A DNA stretch of 64,000 nucleotides from Paraspadella gotoi (GCA_051294375.1 JBJCIZ010000239.1:5227210-5291209), one strand, 5' to 3'. Shown: positions 16,931 to 31,695, counted from the first letter of the stretch. Program-made: numbers and translations. Notes: generated by a model from the letters alone, not told the origin.

Positions 16931-18371
16931 CGAGACAAGAGAGAGAGAGAGGAGAGCCCGATACGGAGGGAGAAGAGACGAAAGAGAGATGAGAGAGAAA
17001 GAGAGAGAGGACGAGAGAGAAGAAGAGAGAGAGAGAAGAAGAGAAAGAGAGTTTTGTTTTTCACTACAGCACTCAAACCAATAAGCGTGAACAGCGACGT
17101 AGAAGGGAGAAAAAAAAAAGAAGAAAAAAAAAAGATTTAAAAAATCAGTTCGTCCGACAAAAAAAAACAACTTTTTTGGTTCCCTGAAATTTTAATAAAT
17201 AATAAAATAAATAAAAAATAAAAGAAAAAGACGTCACTTTGTCTTCCCGCTGAGTTTTTTTGACTCTTTTGTTTGAGGGAATTTATTTTCCTCTATTCCG
17301 CGCCATCTCTCGGGAGAAAAATAAAGGTTGTTTCTTTTTGTCTTTATTCCTTTCCTAAATTTACTCTTTCGTCTCTTCTAACTTACGGTTGATTCTGAGT
17401 CACATTATCATCTCACTGCTCGTCTCTCTACTGCTCTCTCTCTCCTCTCTCTCATCCTCTCTTACTCTGCTCTCCTACGCGTCTCTCTCGTCTCTCGTAT
17501 CTCTCCCACGAACTGTCAGCACGCTCTGAATAATGCCTAAAGACAGCCACGCCGGAGTTCATTTAACTAGTTTGCCTCCGACAACATATCTACAACCGTC
17601 GAGCGTGTTTATATACCAAATCCTCTCCTCTTTTTGATAAAAATAAACAAAAATAGTGAAGCAAAGAAGTATCTTTCATGCTTAAACTTCCTTCCTCTTT
17701 TGTGATGAGAGAGAGAGAGGGAGAAGTAGAGAAGAGAGAGGAAGAGAGATAGACGAGATGAGCAGTAGAGAGAAGACGAGATGAGTAGAGAGAGAGAGAG
17801 AGACAATCTTGAGAAACGGTTTGAAGTGGTGAAGGAATAACAGTAAAATTAAATTGCTTTGAGATTGGGTCAATTTAAAAAACGGTTTTTTTTTAAAGGG
17901 CTGGATGCAAGATTTTCAATGATATAGTATATGCGGCGCTAGGGAGGCCCATTCTCTCTCTCTTTCCTTTTCTTTTCCTTTCCTTCCTCAATTCTTTTCT
18001 TTTCTTTACTCCCTTTTTAACTTTCCTTTCTATCCTTTTTCTCTTTTTTCTTTCTTTTTCTTTCCTATTCTTACCTTTCCTCCATTTTCCTTATTTTTCT
18101 TTTCTTTTCCCCCATTTTTCCTCCCTCACCCGTCCCCCTTCTTCTTATCTCAAAACGAACTTCACCGAATATTGAAAAAGAACAATGAATAACGCAAAGT
18201 TTTTTTTTTTTTCTCCCAACTCTTTTATGCAAATCCTATTCCTTTCCTCCTTTTTCCTTTTGACGAATTTCGATCGCTGTTCTTTTGTTCGAGAAGAGAG
18301 AAAATAAATTCCTCCTTTTTTTTATCTTCGACGAAAAGAGAAAAAAAAAATCTAATGGAGGAATGAGCGAC

Positions 18372-18450
18372 TGTCGGCTTTGTCGGCTTTGTCGGCTTTG
18401 TCGGCTTTGTCGGCTTTGTCGGCTTTGTCGGCTTTGTCGGCCTTGTCGGT
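18372..18450. repeat. 9-bp tandem repeat (TTGTCGGCT)n, ~8 copies
   Basis: Directly visible; explains the CRLCRL pseudo-ORF at 18285-18521. Confidence 0.95.
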
Positions 18451-18928
18451 TATGGCGGAGCGGCGGCTTCGTCGGTCGGTCAGCGATTCATTTTCAATTG
18501 CAAATGTTCGCGTTTAACTAATGAATTTTGCCATCAAGTTATTTTGTTTGTTAAGTCAGTTAAGTATTTTCTACTCGTTCCACCGTTTGTAATAATTTTA
18601 ATCCGCTCAATGACGAATCTAAAAAAATCATTTACATTTTATATGAAAATCATTAATATGATGTAATAAAAATAGAAATTGTAACCATAAGTTAGAATTT
18701 AGGAACTTAAACGAATCGACTCTCTCTCTATCCCACTTTTTTCCTCGGATAATTTCTTCTCATCTCTCCCCCTCCCCCCCTATCACTGCATCCCTCACCA
18801 AAAAATCACTTACTCTCACTCACTCCGTCTCACCCAAATTCATCTCGATTCATCTCTTCTCCGTGAATTATGTGACGCGAATGTGAGTTTCGCCGAATGT
18901 AAGGCGATCGTTGCCGAGGTTTATCACT

Positions 18929-18965
<37 letters not shown>

Positions 18966-19506
18966 GCCCCATCTTTGTTGTTGTCGTTGTCCATATTATG
19001 ACCCAATAAATTTTCGCGAGTGTATTAGGAGCAAATCTTAATTTCGACCAGAAATGAAAACAAAACAAATTTAGGGTAAGATTGATTGATTGATTGAATG
19101 AGGGCTTGGCTCAGGTTCAACCCGTCTACTACGTATAAACATTGACATATACAATAGCAACTACGGACGAAGCGTCTATTAATCATATCCATGCATATAT
19201 CAGAGTTTAAATAACAATAAAAGTAAGTTTGTTTCGTATTAAATAGAATTTACTTTAGTTATTCTCTCTTTGAATAATAAAAAATTAATATTCGGTATTA
19301 AATAAAAAAAATGCATGTAAATGAGCCGCGTTGAAATAACTAAAACGTTTCTTTGTTCTATCTGAATAAAAATAATTTTGATTTTTTCAAACAAAAACGT
19401 TTTGAAAAATCTGACATTGAATGGTTCGCCGAGGCAGAAAGACTCCTTGACAAAAACATTTTGAAAGATTCATTATTTCGTACGTTGAACGAGCTCTCGC
19501 TATGGT

Positions 19507-19563
<57 letters not shown>

Positions 19564-22500
19564 CTTCTCTCTCTCTCTCAATTCACAGAATAAAATTTTT
19601 TCCACATTAACCAACCGAAAATCCGGGAGATGTTTTACGAGATTTCTCCCTCGACCTTTGTTTTAGAACTCCATAATTCCCCCTTGCTTTGCTTTGTCTT
19701 CTTTCTTTCTTTCTTTTTTCTTTCTTTTCTTTCTTTCTTTCTTCTTTCTTTCTTTCTTTCTTTCCTTTTTTCATTTTTCTTAATATCTTCATATCTTTGG
19801 GTATTCGTTTCTCTGTTCCTTACTTTCTTTTGTTTCTTTCTTTCTTTCTTTCTTTCTTTTCTTCTTTTCTTTCTTTCTTTCTTTCTTCTTTCTATGCTTC
19901 TCCCTATTTTTTCTTCTATTTTTCTTTTCTTTCCTTTTCTTCTTTATCTTTTCTTATTTTTTCTTTCTTCTTCTCATTTTTTTTCTTCTTTATATTTCCT
20001 CCTTTCTTCTTTCTCCTTCCTTCGCTTTTTATCCCCTTTTTTCTGCTGAGTCTAAATTTTGCTCCCGGGGTCAGTTTCTGTCGTTGCCCGCGATCTCCTC
20101 GTGATTGGATAGCTGAGGGTTAAGTTTAAGCATCACCCCATTGGTGAGGTCGCCGCGCAGGGCGCACTTAAAACCTTTAGTAAGCACTTCCACATTGTTT
20201 ACTTTTAATTTTGTTTGACTTTCTCCGCGCGAAACCAAAAAAAACCTCAAAACTATCAAAAGGGAAACAACGACATCATAACCCCCTAAAAAATGTTCCG
20301 TCTTCTTTCAGTCCGTTCAGCATCTTTCCTCTGTCCGTACATCCGTCCGTCCAAATAACCCATCAACTTGTTCCATGCAAATCGTTAATTTCTCTGCGAA
20401 TCGATATGCGGGTTTTCGCTTCTTCCTTAAGCACTCCTCAAAAAAATTAACAATCGGCCATCATTGACCCAAAAAAAAAAAAGATTAACTCTTTTGTATG
20501 AGTCTAAAACAGTTTTTTCTAACGGAATTTCCTATTTTCTCTCTACCTATTTGTTTGTTTATTTTCTTTAAAATCCTGTTCCAAAAAAATATGACGATTT
20601 GTCTTTTGCATTTATAATAGCTAGCGACTTTGTATTTTTTTCTAAATGACGAATTTTCGCCTTGAGCTCCTGACGAAATCGCAAAGGATTTTTCGCTTGG
20701 GAATTGGAGAGACCAGGAAATAAAAAAAAAACCGCGTAAAGAAAAAAAAAAAAATAAGAAAAAACCCAAATAAAAAATTTGGTGAGATGTTAGTGAAGAA
20801 GTATTCATCGTCCCTTTACGATTATGAGGCGGACACGGAAACGACGATTGGCTGGAAAGGACGATCCGTCCGGATCTTTCTTCCAATTACGGAATAGCGT
20901 CGGAGAGAAGATTGAAAAAATATAACTCCTGGATTAGTTGAGTTTTGGGGAAAGTATGTTTCACAAAATCACTAAAGTTAAAATGCGACGGGACCGGTTT
21001 TATATTTTCCATTTGTAAGAAAAAACAACATGCAGAATCATTTGATAAAAAATTCGTCACAATCTTGTTTTCGCGTTTAGCCGCAATGTCGCTACGCCCC
21101 CTTTCGCTCGTTTCGCTTTTTACCTAAAGATGGCCGGCGGGATCGCCGTTAGAGAATGCTCGGCGTTATATCTGGACGGAGAAAACAAAATTACGTTGCC
21201 GGAAATGACATCAGCTTTCGGATCCGAGGCTTTAAAAATCCCGTAACGGGAAATAAAGATATGACTTATTTTTTTTTCTTTCTTATTTGTCTTTTCTTGT
21301 CTTTTCTTCTTTCTTTCTTTTCTTTCTTTCTTTTCTCTTTCTTTCTTTCTTTCTTCTTTCTTTTTTTTTAACTTTTCTTATCTTCAAAGAAAATATAAAA
21401 CTGTTGTTCCTAAAATCGAACGACCCATTGTCTGCACTGACAGACGATGAAGAGATAAAGCGATGACCTGATAAAATATCATGCATCATATCGGTAACTT
21501 TTGGAATACAAAGAACATATTTTATTTTACAAACAACTTAGTATCCAATTTTCGACCAATGTAAAAGTCCGGGTTCGAGGTTTTGAACTTCCCCAGTTTT
21601 AACTTCTAGGTCAAAATAATACTTTCTCTACAACGAGGAGTTTATTTTTGTTTTGAATTTGACAACCCTTTTCAGCTTTTGGATCCCTTATCTTCAAAAA
21701 AAATGATGACGGACGAAGATTTTAAGGCCAGAGGGAGAAAAGGATGGGTGGGGGTGTTTACCGACTTACCGGACAACCCCCCCCCCTCAACCTTTTCGTT
21801 CTTTCGTTTCGAGTTCATGATTCTCCCGCGTTTGTTTACCGGCTCGTGGAAAAAAAAACGAAAATTGGGGGCATAGGAATGACCAAATATTGAGAGGTCC
21901 GATGGATGACCCAAATTGAGCATTAGGAATGTCCGGTTTTTAACGGTGGCGAGGCGTCGACAAAAAGGTTTGACCTTTCTTGAGTGTGAGAGGGGGGGGT
22001 TGAAAAAGAGGTGGAGAGAGGAGAGAGATGAGAGGAGGAGAGAGGGAGAGAGGGACGAGAGAGATGAGAGAGAGACGAGGAGAGAGAGAGAGAGAGAGAG
22101 ATGAGAGAGAGAAATGATGAGAACGCATTTGTTTTGCTTTGTGATGATGGTGGAAAAGAGGGAGGGATCTGGAGAGAGAGAGAGGAGAATGAGAGAGAGA
22201 GATGAGAGAGAAGAAGATGATGCCGAGATGCGAGAGGAGAGGTATGACTAGAAGAAGAGTAGAGAGAGAGAGAGAGAGAGAGGAGTATGGTGCGAGGAAG
22301 AACCACTCGTGGCAACTGCTTCCTTGAGTTTTCATCTATTATAAAAAAAACAAAAGAAATTCTGGTCAAAATTACTATGAAAGGAGGTTAGGAGACGATG
22401 AGACCAGACGAGGAGGAGATGGAGAGAGAGAGAGAGAGAGGAGAGGGAGAGAGTGGATGATTGAGGAGAAAGACGTGATCCGGCAGAGGAGAGATGAGAA

Positions 22501-23484
22501 GAGAGAGAGCCGGATAGTGTAGAGAGAGACAAAGACCCAGGGACAGATTAGGACAGATACAGAGAGGACAGACAAAGGATTGTGGGTGAGATTTCCTCTA
22601 AAATCGGTTTAGAGATATATGGAAACAAAGATGGCCGGAATTTCGGCGATGCTTAGCGCGATCGCTTTTAATACCGAAAAAGCGGTTGAATATTGAAAGC
22701 GAGATTCTCTTTTAACGAAAATATAATTTCGGAATATGCGTNNNNNNNNNNNNNNNNNNNNNNNNNNNNNNNNNNNNNNNNNNNNNNNNNNNNNNNNNNN
22801 NNNNNNNNNNNNNNNNNNNNNNNNNNNNNNNNNNNNNNNNNAATAAAAGGAGGATAGTACCTTCGGTTAAAAAAACCAATCAGTAATAAAGGAGATATCT
22901 AATTTAATAAAATAAGTATTAATATCGGGAATAATAAATTTATTATGTACTGTATGGAAAATTATACTAGGAGCTCGGCATCCAAAAAATATCAGGGAAG
23001 CGCCTCCCTAAACTCCTGACCCAAAGATTTCTCAATTTTGGAGCAATCAAACGGGAAAAGCCCCGGGCGCCTTGGGAAACTACGACGGCCGGGGCGAGTC
23101 TCCCAATTCCCGGCGCCCTCTGAGGGCGTTCCTGGCGCCTTTCTATACCCGGGTTGGTCCTAAAGGGGCGGCCTGGTTTCGCCGGCGCGGGTCCTGTCCG
23201 TGGAAAAGAAGAACATAGAGAAAAACGGACGTCCGGTAACCGAAGAGGAAAGATGGAGGAGAGAGAGATGAGAAGAGGAGAGAGAGAGAGAGGAGGAGAG
23301 AGAGAGAGAGATGGGAGAGAGAGAGAGAGAGAGACGAGACTATCAAACGGTCCCGGAGTCCATAACTCCAAAAGGGCGAAAACCCCCATAACGGAATTAC
23401 CAAGTAAATTGAAACCGGAGTCATCCAGGAGCAGGTTTGGGGGCCGGGGAACGAACCGAAAGGAAAAGAGAGAGAGGAGAGAGT

Positions 23485-23519
<35 letters not shown>

Positions 23520-24601
23520 GGAGAAAGAGAGAAGAGAAGAGGAGGAAGGAGAGAGAGAGAGAGAGAGAGAGGAGAAAGAGAGAGGCGGAGCGGTCGGGGA
23601 AAGAAAAAAAAAGAGAAAAGAGGAATAGGAAATTGGAACAACCGCACTGGTTGGCGAATTTGGGAAGGATTTAAAAAGCATGGTGGCTGATGGTTGGAAG
23701 AAGATATAGGTACAGAATAGTGCTCAAAAGTAAAATTACAATCTCCTATCTCCATTTACCCCGTATTTATTTATAATTACCTCATTTTACTAAACGAACT
23801 ATGTTAGTTTGGGATTGGAGGTGTTTTGGTTAGGGGAACAATAAAATTAAAATATTTCATAGTTTGAGGAAGATCAAACCAACAAAATAATATAACATAA
23901 TATTAAATATAATACGAAAAATAACTAGCCAGAATAAATAAAAAAAAGAACTAATAGGGTAATTGAGAATACATATACATGAAAAGAGCGCATTGCGGGG
24001 TTGACATGAAAATAAATGGAGATCGCTGGGTGATTCCCGGGTCTCGGTGAAGACAGAATGCGATAATCGTTGAAAAGTGAGGGAATTCTTTCCGCCAACG
24101 ATGTCCGCCCGTTAATATCAAGGTTTTCACTTTCAAGAATACTCTCTCTCTCTTCTCTCTCTCTCTCTCTCTCTCGTCTCCCTCTCTCTGCTCTCTCTCT
24201 CTCTCTCTCTAAACATTTCTATTTTGTTCTTTAAGTTTTATGGTTTTAATGATCCGGGCACGTTTCTTATAGACTGAAAAAAAGTTAATTAGTTTAAAAT
24301 CTTTGGATTGGCAGAGTTGGGGTCGATTTAGAGGGTTGATTTTATTGGATTGGTAGGATTTGATAAGTGATTGATTGCTTGCAAAAGGTTATCGAGTGGA
24401 TGGTTTTGTTCATATTGGGTAAGTGATAATTTTAGTATTTTTTCTGATCACTTCGTATCAATTTAAATATTAAATATACTTTCTTGGTCCTTATAACTTT
24501 AATTAAATTTTTCCGCCCGCTTTTTTCCGTTTGGTTTCTTTTTTTAATCTTTAGTCTTTCTTATCATTTCTTTCTAATCTTTTTTCTTAAACTTTCTTTC
24601 T

Positions 24602-24641
<40 letters not shown>

Positions 24642-25173
24642 TCCTTTCTTTCTTTTTTTTTCTTTTCTTTTTTGTCTATCTTCTTTTTTTCTTTGTCAAG
24701 CAAAGTTTTTTTTTTCTTTTTCTCCATGACGCATACCTTATACTCTTTCTCTCTCCTAATTCCTTTCAATTCTTTCATTCCTCCCTCTCTCTCTCTTCAT
24801 CCTCTCTCTCTCTCTCTCATCTCTTCTCTCTACTCTCTCTCTCTCCTTCCTCTCTTCCTTCCCTCACTCCATACAGCGATTCTCACTCTTGCACGCGACC
24901 GACATCGGCCGACAAAAACTGATCAACGGAACGAATGTTACTTGCAACTGTCGGCAAAGGCGAACAAGACGACTGGAGGGGAAGGAGGAGGAGGAGGAGG
25001 AGGAGGAGAGGGCTAGGAAGATGATAAAAAGGGAGGAGAAAGATGATTTTCAGTGAGGGGGAGGGTATATTGAAATTGAGAGAGAAAGACGGATGGATGA
25101 GAGAACGAGAGGGGGAGAGAGAGATAGGGGGAAAGAGAGAGAGAGAGAGAGAGAGAACAGAGAGAGAGGAGAA

Positions 25174-25241
<68 letters not shown>

Positions 25242-25244
25242 GGA

Positions 25245-25279
<35 letters not shown>

Positions 25280-26248
25280 AGAAGAGGAGGGAGGAAAGGG
25301 AGGAGAGACATAAATGCCAGAGAAAGAGAAGGGTCAAGGCGGAAGTCCGAAGCTTTTTTTACCCGATTTTTAAAGAGTTAAAAAAGTCGGGCGCCTCGAA
25401 TTGGGAGAAGGGGCGTCCGGGCAAGTGAGGAGAGAAAATGGGGGCCCGGGAATTGGGGGGGCGCCGTCTCCGTGGGAGGGCGCGCGGGAGAATTGGGGCG
25501 CCGGCTTTGGCGAATCAAGGGCGCCCAATGAGAGAAAAGCGGCACCCAGGCAAAAATAGTAATTACATGGCTAAGTTCCGAGTCCTTCCCTTCTATTCTG
25601 AGACGGGTTTAAATTCGGGATCCTTTGGGAATTGAAGGGAAGAGTTAGTCTATTGTCCTTTTGTTCTTTTGATCTTTTAGTCTATTTTGTCTTTTTTGTT
25701 TTTTTATGGTATTTGGGTCTTATTGTCTTATATTTTTTTTGTTTTAGTTTCTTATTTGTCTTATTTTATTTTTGTCCTTATTGGTATATTTTATCTTCTC
25801 TTATGTTATGTTTGTCTTATATGTCCTTATATTCTTTTTTGTCTTATTTTCTTTCTTTTTGTATTTTTGTCTTTTTTGGTCTTCTGTCTCTTTTACTTTT
25901 TGTCTTTTTGTCTTTTTGTCTTTTTGGGTTATTTGTTACTGTAAAGGTTCTTCTAGATCCTTGTAATCCAAAGAGATCAGCCGGGAAAAAACTTTAAAAC
26001 AGGGAAAAAATATTAATTATTTAAACTTTTTTCCTTAACAAACAACGGACATGTTTCCGGAAACAATGTCTAATTTTAGAACTAATAAAATATGTTTGTT
26101 AGAAAATTGAAGAAACGTATTCATTCTAAACTAAACGCAGACGAAATGGAAGTCATTTTCTATCATTCAGAAAACATTATGAAACTCAAAAAAAATAATC
26201 ACACACGCGAGGTTCTCGGTTAGTTTTTCTCCCGCCGAGAAAAACAAC

Positions 26249-26284
<36 letters not shown>

Positions 26285-27014
26285 CTCTCCTCTCTCGTTC
26301 ATCACCCTCATCACTTACTCCTTCTCGCCCGTCTTGTCCAGCTCAGTGGTCTCCAGTCTCATGCGTCGCCTCTGCCCTCAGCCCAACCCCAGTCTCTCAT
26401 CCGCCCACCCTCCTCTTTCTCTTCTCTCTCTCCATCGTCCCTCTCGCTCCGTTCTGCTCCTGCTCACACATCTCCTCTCTCTCTCTCTCTCCTTCTCTCT
26501 CCTCTCCTCTCCTCTCTCGTATCTGCCGGTCTTTCTCCTCTTCTCATCTCAGAGGACTTTCAGTCTACTCTCTCTCTCTCACCAATTTAACGGTCGGGTA
26601 ATTCCTCTGTATGCCCGTAAAAAAACGGAACAAAAAAAATACGAAAAACGAAATAAAAAGGTATGATCGGGTAAAAAAAACTAAAAATAAGGAAGCTAAT
26701 TAGACGAAAAGGAAAGAAAAAACCCTAAATATTTTCGTCTCCTCAAAATCAAATAAGGCTCTCTACTCTCGTCTCTCTCTCCTCCTTCTCTTCCTCTCTC
26801 TCCATCCCTCTCTCTCCTCTCTCTCTCTCGCCTCTTCTCTCTCTCCTCTCCCCCCTCTCTCTCTCTCTGTCTCGTCTCTCTCTCTGCCACACAACACACA
26901 AACGGCTGTTTTGCATATTAATTATTGTCGTAAATTTCCAGGACTCAATCGCAATTTCGGAGTTTTTGGGGTTCTTATGAAATAGTGCAGAGGAGGGAAT
27001 GATCTTTTGCGGGG

Positions 27015-27440
27015 GAATAAGTGTCGGGCAAAAGTTGGGTCGGCATAATATGGTCCGAAGTTTTGTCGGGGCAAATACCGATCGGCAAAATGCAGTCGTC
27101 GGTGTCTACAAAAGTGACGGGCAAAAACCATTGTCCGCGGTGTCGCATGATGGTCGGGCCAAAAGGGATTGGGACAAAAGTTAGTTGACAAGTGAGTGTG
27201 AACAAAAAGAGTTGGGCAATGGAAATGTCGTCAAAAAAAAGTGGTCGGGTAAAGCCCAGTGGTCCAGCAAAGTGTGTCGGGCAAAGAGTGTTTTCAAAAA
27301 GGAGTGTCGGAAAAGGAGTCTCGGCAAAAATGTTGGTGTGTTGGCGTGGGGGCAAAAACAGTGAGGCAGAAAAAGTGTCGGTAGCCGGTCGGGCCAAAAA
27401 ATGTCGGCCTAATGAAGTAGTCATGGTGTCGGCAAAAATT
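27015..27440. repeat. Degenerate short-period (~15-20 bp) repeat, consensus approx. AAGTGTCGGGCAAAA
   Basis: Recurrent (T)GTCGG(G)CAAAA / GGTCGGGCCAAAA / GTGTCGGAAAA words, all in the same orientation. Confidence 0.7.
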
Positions 27441-28146
27441 TTAAAGTAAAGAAGAAACAACCGGTAATCTCATTGTCATAAACTATGAAATATTTAGACA
27501 ATTGAACAAATATTTAATTATATTTAACGACCACGAACCCCGGCTATTGAACATTAGACAAGGCTACAAGGTAACTGGAGGTTTTTCCTCAGCTGCTTAT
27601 CAAAGCAAAAATGTCAAGTCTGTCCCATTACATCGAATTCCTGGTTCCCGACTATCCGATCATCCTGCCGTCCGGGTTCGGGCGTCGGATTTCGTTCGTA
27701 ATTCGGCGCCGATTTTTTCCCGGCAAAAATCGACGAGGAACGGACACGCCATGCTCCTCGCGGCGCTAATCGGGTGTCTCTCTCTCTCTCTCGGATCATC
27801 TCTCTCCGTCTCTCTCTCTCTGTATCTTCCTTCTCCTCTCATCTATTCATCCCTTTCATTACATCTCTTCTCTCTCTCGTCTCATCTCTCTCTCATATGA
27901 ATAGGAATGGTCGATTTACCCCTTCGCGATTCTTCGATCAACGGATCAGTTGATGCCTTACCTAATCACGTGACTACCGGGTTTTCCGTCTCGTCTCTGA
28001 AATTGGTGTCTCTAATCTCTGTTCTCTGTTATCGTGTCTCTGTCTTTCTCTGCAGCAAACTTTGTTATTTGTTTTCGCGGCGACGATTCTCTGGTTAAAT
28101 GTTTTCCGTTGGCGAATGCGTTTCAAAGAGAGAGAGAGTAGAGAGA

Positions 28147-28189
<43 letters not shown>

Positions 28190-28190
28190 G

Positions 28191-28227
<37 letters not shown>

Positions 28228-31200
28228 AGAGAAGAGAGAGAGAGAGGAAGAGAGAGAGAGAGAGAGAAGGAGGCCTATTTTTTCTTTTTAAGAAGCTTTT
28301 TCGGCCTTTTGTGTCCAAACCTTTTTTCGATACTTTTCGCCTTCGGATTGGAAGAGAAATTTCCTTTTCCCTTTTTTTTTTCTTTTCTTTCTTCTTTTTC
28401 CTTGTTGTTTCTTTACCTTTTTTTTCTTCTTTCCCACGTAATTTTTTTCTTTTTTTTCTTTATTTTGTTTTTAGTTGTGGTTATTTTTCTTTTCTCCCGT
28501 TTTCAAATTCCCTTATGCTGAAAAGAACCGGGACGGACCCGGAATTGTTTTTGCTTCTCTAAGCGGTAATTTTTTAATTTAATCTCCCCATCCCACCAAA
28601 TCTCTCTCTCTCCCTCCCTCCTCGTCTCCCTCCTCTCTCTCTTTCTTCTCTCTCTCTCTCTCTCTCAGCTCCGTCTCTCTCTCTCTCTCCTCTCTCGCTC
28701 CATCTCTCTCTTTCTCTCTCTCTTCTTCTCTTTTCTTCTTTCCACCGATCGGTAAGCACATCTGCTTCCTTTCACTGTTTTCTTTCTCTTTCTTTTTCTT
28801 TTCTCTGATTTGTTATTTAAAAAACATTTTTTTTAGTTAAAAAATATGCTCATATCAAGCATTTGTTGATTTGTTTTAGTTTTCTTTTTATAAGTTATTT
28901 CTTTTTCAAAATCGACAAAAGAAAGATATAAAAAATATTTCACTTAATATTGAATATTTCATAAACTTTTATTCTATTTTAATAGTCATCTCATAAATTA
29001 TTATGTTAGTAAATAAACCGATCTTCAGTGAATAAAGCAACTCGGGATGAGAAGGCCTCATAATTAAATTAATTTCATGTCTAATTTGTTTTCTAAGGGA
29101 TTTTTCTTGAATNNNNNNNNNNNNNNNNNNNNNNNNNNNNNNNNNNNNNNNNNNNNNNNNNNNNNNNNNNNNNNNNNNNNNNNNNNNNNNNNNNNNNNNN
29201 NNNNNNNNNNNNNNNNNNNNNNNNNNNNNNNNNNNNNNNNNNNNNNNNNNNNNNNNNNNNNNNNNNNNNNNNNNNNNNNNNNNNNNNNNCTCTCTCTCGC
29301 TCCATCGACTCGTGAGGTCGACGATTTGTGTTCTTTTGTTTTTCCTTCGCTCCGTCGAGTTTAACGACCGCAAAGGACTCAGGGATTTACNNNNNNNNNN
29401 NNNNNNNNNNNNNNNNNNNNNNNNNNNNNNNNNNNNNNNNNNNNNNNNNNNNNNNNNNNNNNNNNNNNNNNNNNNNNNNNNNNNNNNNNNNNNNNNNNNN
29501 NNNNNNNNNNNNNNNNNNNNNNNNNNNNNNNNNNNNNNNNNNNNNNNNNNNNNNNNNNNNNNNNNNNNNNNNNNNNNNNNNNNNNNNNNNNNNNNNNNNN
29601 NNNNNNNNNNNNNNNNNNNNNNNNNNNNNNNNNNNNNTTCTTTTTTTCTTTCTTTGTTTTCCTTTTTCTATCTCTCTTTCTATCTTTATTTTTTTCTTTC
29701 TTTTTTTCTTCCTTTTTTTCTTTCCTCTCTTTTTTTTCTTTCTTTCTTTCTTTCTTTCCTTCCTTTCTCACTTTCTTTTCTTTCTTCCTTTCTCTCTATT
29801 TTTTCTTTCTTTCCTTCTTTCTTTCCCTCCTTTCTTTCTCTCTGTTTCTTTCTTTCCCTTCCAATTCAATCATGGCCGCCGAGACGGAAGCGCCACGATC
29901 GAACGACCCAATCCCGAGTCATAACATTCCTTTATGGGGCGTTTTGCTCGGGCGTCGGCCAAGGTGGGCCGTGGTCGGAGGAACGATGGCGGGAAAAAGG
30001 GGTGGGGGGAAATCCAATTCTGTGGGACCAGGGAGGAGAATGTGGAGTAGGGGTGGAAAGCTAAAAGAATAGAAAAGAGAAGAAAAAAGAAAGGAAAAAA
30101 AAGAAAAAAAAAGGGAAAGAAAAGAAAAGAAAGAAGGAAGAAAGAAGAAAGAAAAGAAAGGAAAAAGGGAAAAGAAAGAAAGAAAGATAAGATAAGGGAA
30201 AAGAGGGAGGAGAGCAGGAGGAGGAAAAGAAAAGAGGAAGACCAAAAAACAAGCATTTCCGAAAACCATTTCACGTGAATTTGAATTCTTTGCCAAAAGT
30301 TCGCCACGAATAAAATAAAAAAGGAAAAACTAAGGAAAAAGGGCCAAAAAGAAATAAAATGGCATAGTTTTAAAAGACAAGAAAGAAAAAGAAAGGAAAA
30401 GAAAGAAAGAAAAGAAAATAGAAAAGAAAGAAATAGGAAAAAAAACAAAAAAAAGAAAAAAAAAGACAAGAAAAAAAAAAAAAGAAAAGAAAGAAAGAAT
30501 AAGAAAGAAGAAATGAAAAGAAAAACAGCGTGATTCAATTTTTTTTTGAGCGGTATGGAAGCGGAAATAATAGACTTCAACGCCCGCCGAAGTTAGGGAC
30601 CTTGAAGTTAGGACCTGGATTGGGGTTTTATGGAATTAAGGAAGAGATAGGGTGCTGAACCGGGTGTGGATTGGGTTGTGTGAAAATTGGTCTGGGTGTG
30701 GATTACTGTTTAATTGAGGTGAAAGGACGGTTAAATGAGGTTTGGTATTGATCGATAGATGGGTACAATAACGACGTGGTTAGTGTGTTAAAATAATAGC
30801 ATTTCCTAAACATAAGTTACTGTTTACAAAATAAACGGGATACTAAAGTAATTAGAAATTCTTCCAAATTTGAATAAGGACTAGTTTTACGAATATTATA
30901 GTCGTCCAAAATTTTATTGCTTAAAATTTTATTTCCAAAAATTTTCATTTCTCCACAGGTGAGGAGCTCTCACAAAAAGTTTTGTGAAAGAACCCGTCAC
31001 AATTACGAATTTGTTTCGTTTCTTTTTTTTCACGAACTCCTTTTCAAAATAAAGACTCGACTCTGGATAGTACGTCGTCGTCGTCGTCGTTGTCGTCGTC
31101 GTCGTCATCGTCGTCGCCGCCGCTACAGCCGCCGCCCGCAATTTCGAAAAAAAAAGTCGGCGTGTATTGAAAACGGCGCATGACTTGATGACGCTCTAGC

Positions 31201-31301
31201 GGTCACGAGCGGCGAAAAAGTCATCACGAAAGAATAGGGACGCAAACAAAAGTGCAGCGCCGATTGTGTGTGTGAGAGAGAGAGAGAAGAGAGAGAGAGA
31301 G

Positions 31302-31332
<31 letters not shown>

Positions 31333-31479
31333 GACGGAGAAGGAAGAGAGAGAGGAGAGGAGAGAGAGAGATTTGAAATTTCGACTCTTCTCTGGCTGGA
31401 ACAAGATTGTTTTAGATTAACCCTTTTTACTAGGAGATAAAATCCGTTAGTTTTGTATCTTTGTTCTCTTTCTTCTCTC

Positions 31480-31557
<78 letters not shown>

Positions 31558-31660
31558 TCTTCTCCAAAACCCAAAACAAATAAAAAACGATGATTACAGA
31601 TCGGCTTTTTGGGTTTTTCGCGAGATTGGATCGCCGTTTGTTCTGTTTGTTTTCTTCTCT

Positions 31661-31695
<35 letters not shown>

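Noticed and set aside
18285-18521. Cys-rich (CRL)n ORF resembling a metallothionein or toxin-like peptide
   Set aside because: It is simply the translation of a 9-bp tandem repeat, with no signal peptide or exon structure.
22967-23755. Longest gap-free ORF in the track (262 aa, minus strand)
   Set aside because: It is composed largely of (CT)n-derived SL tracts joined to a GC-rich patch, with no recognisable domain.
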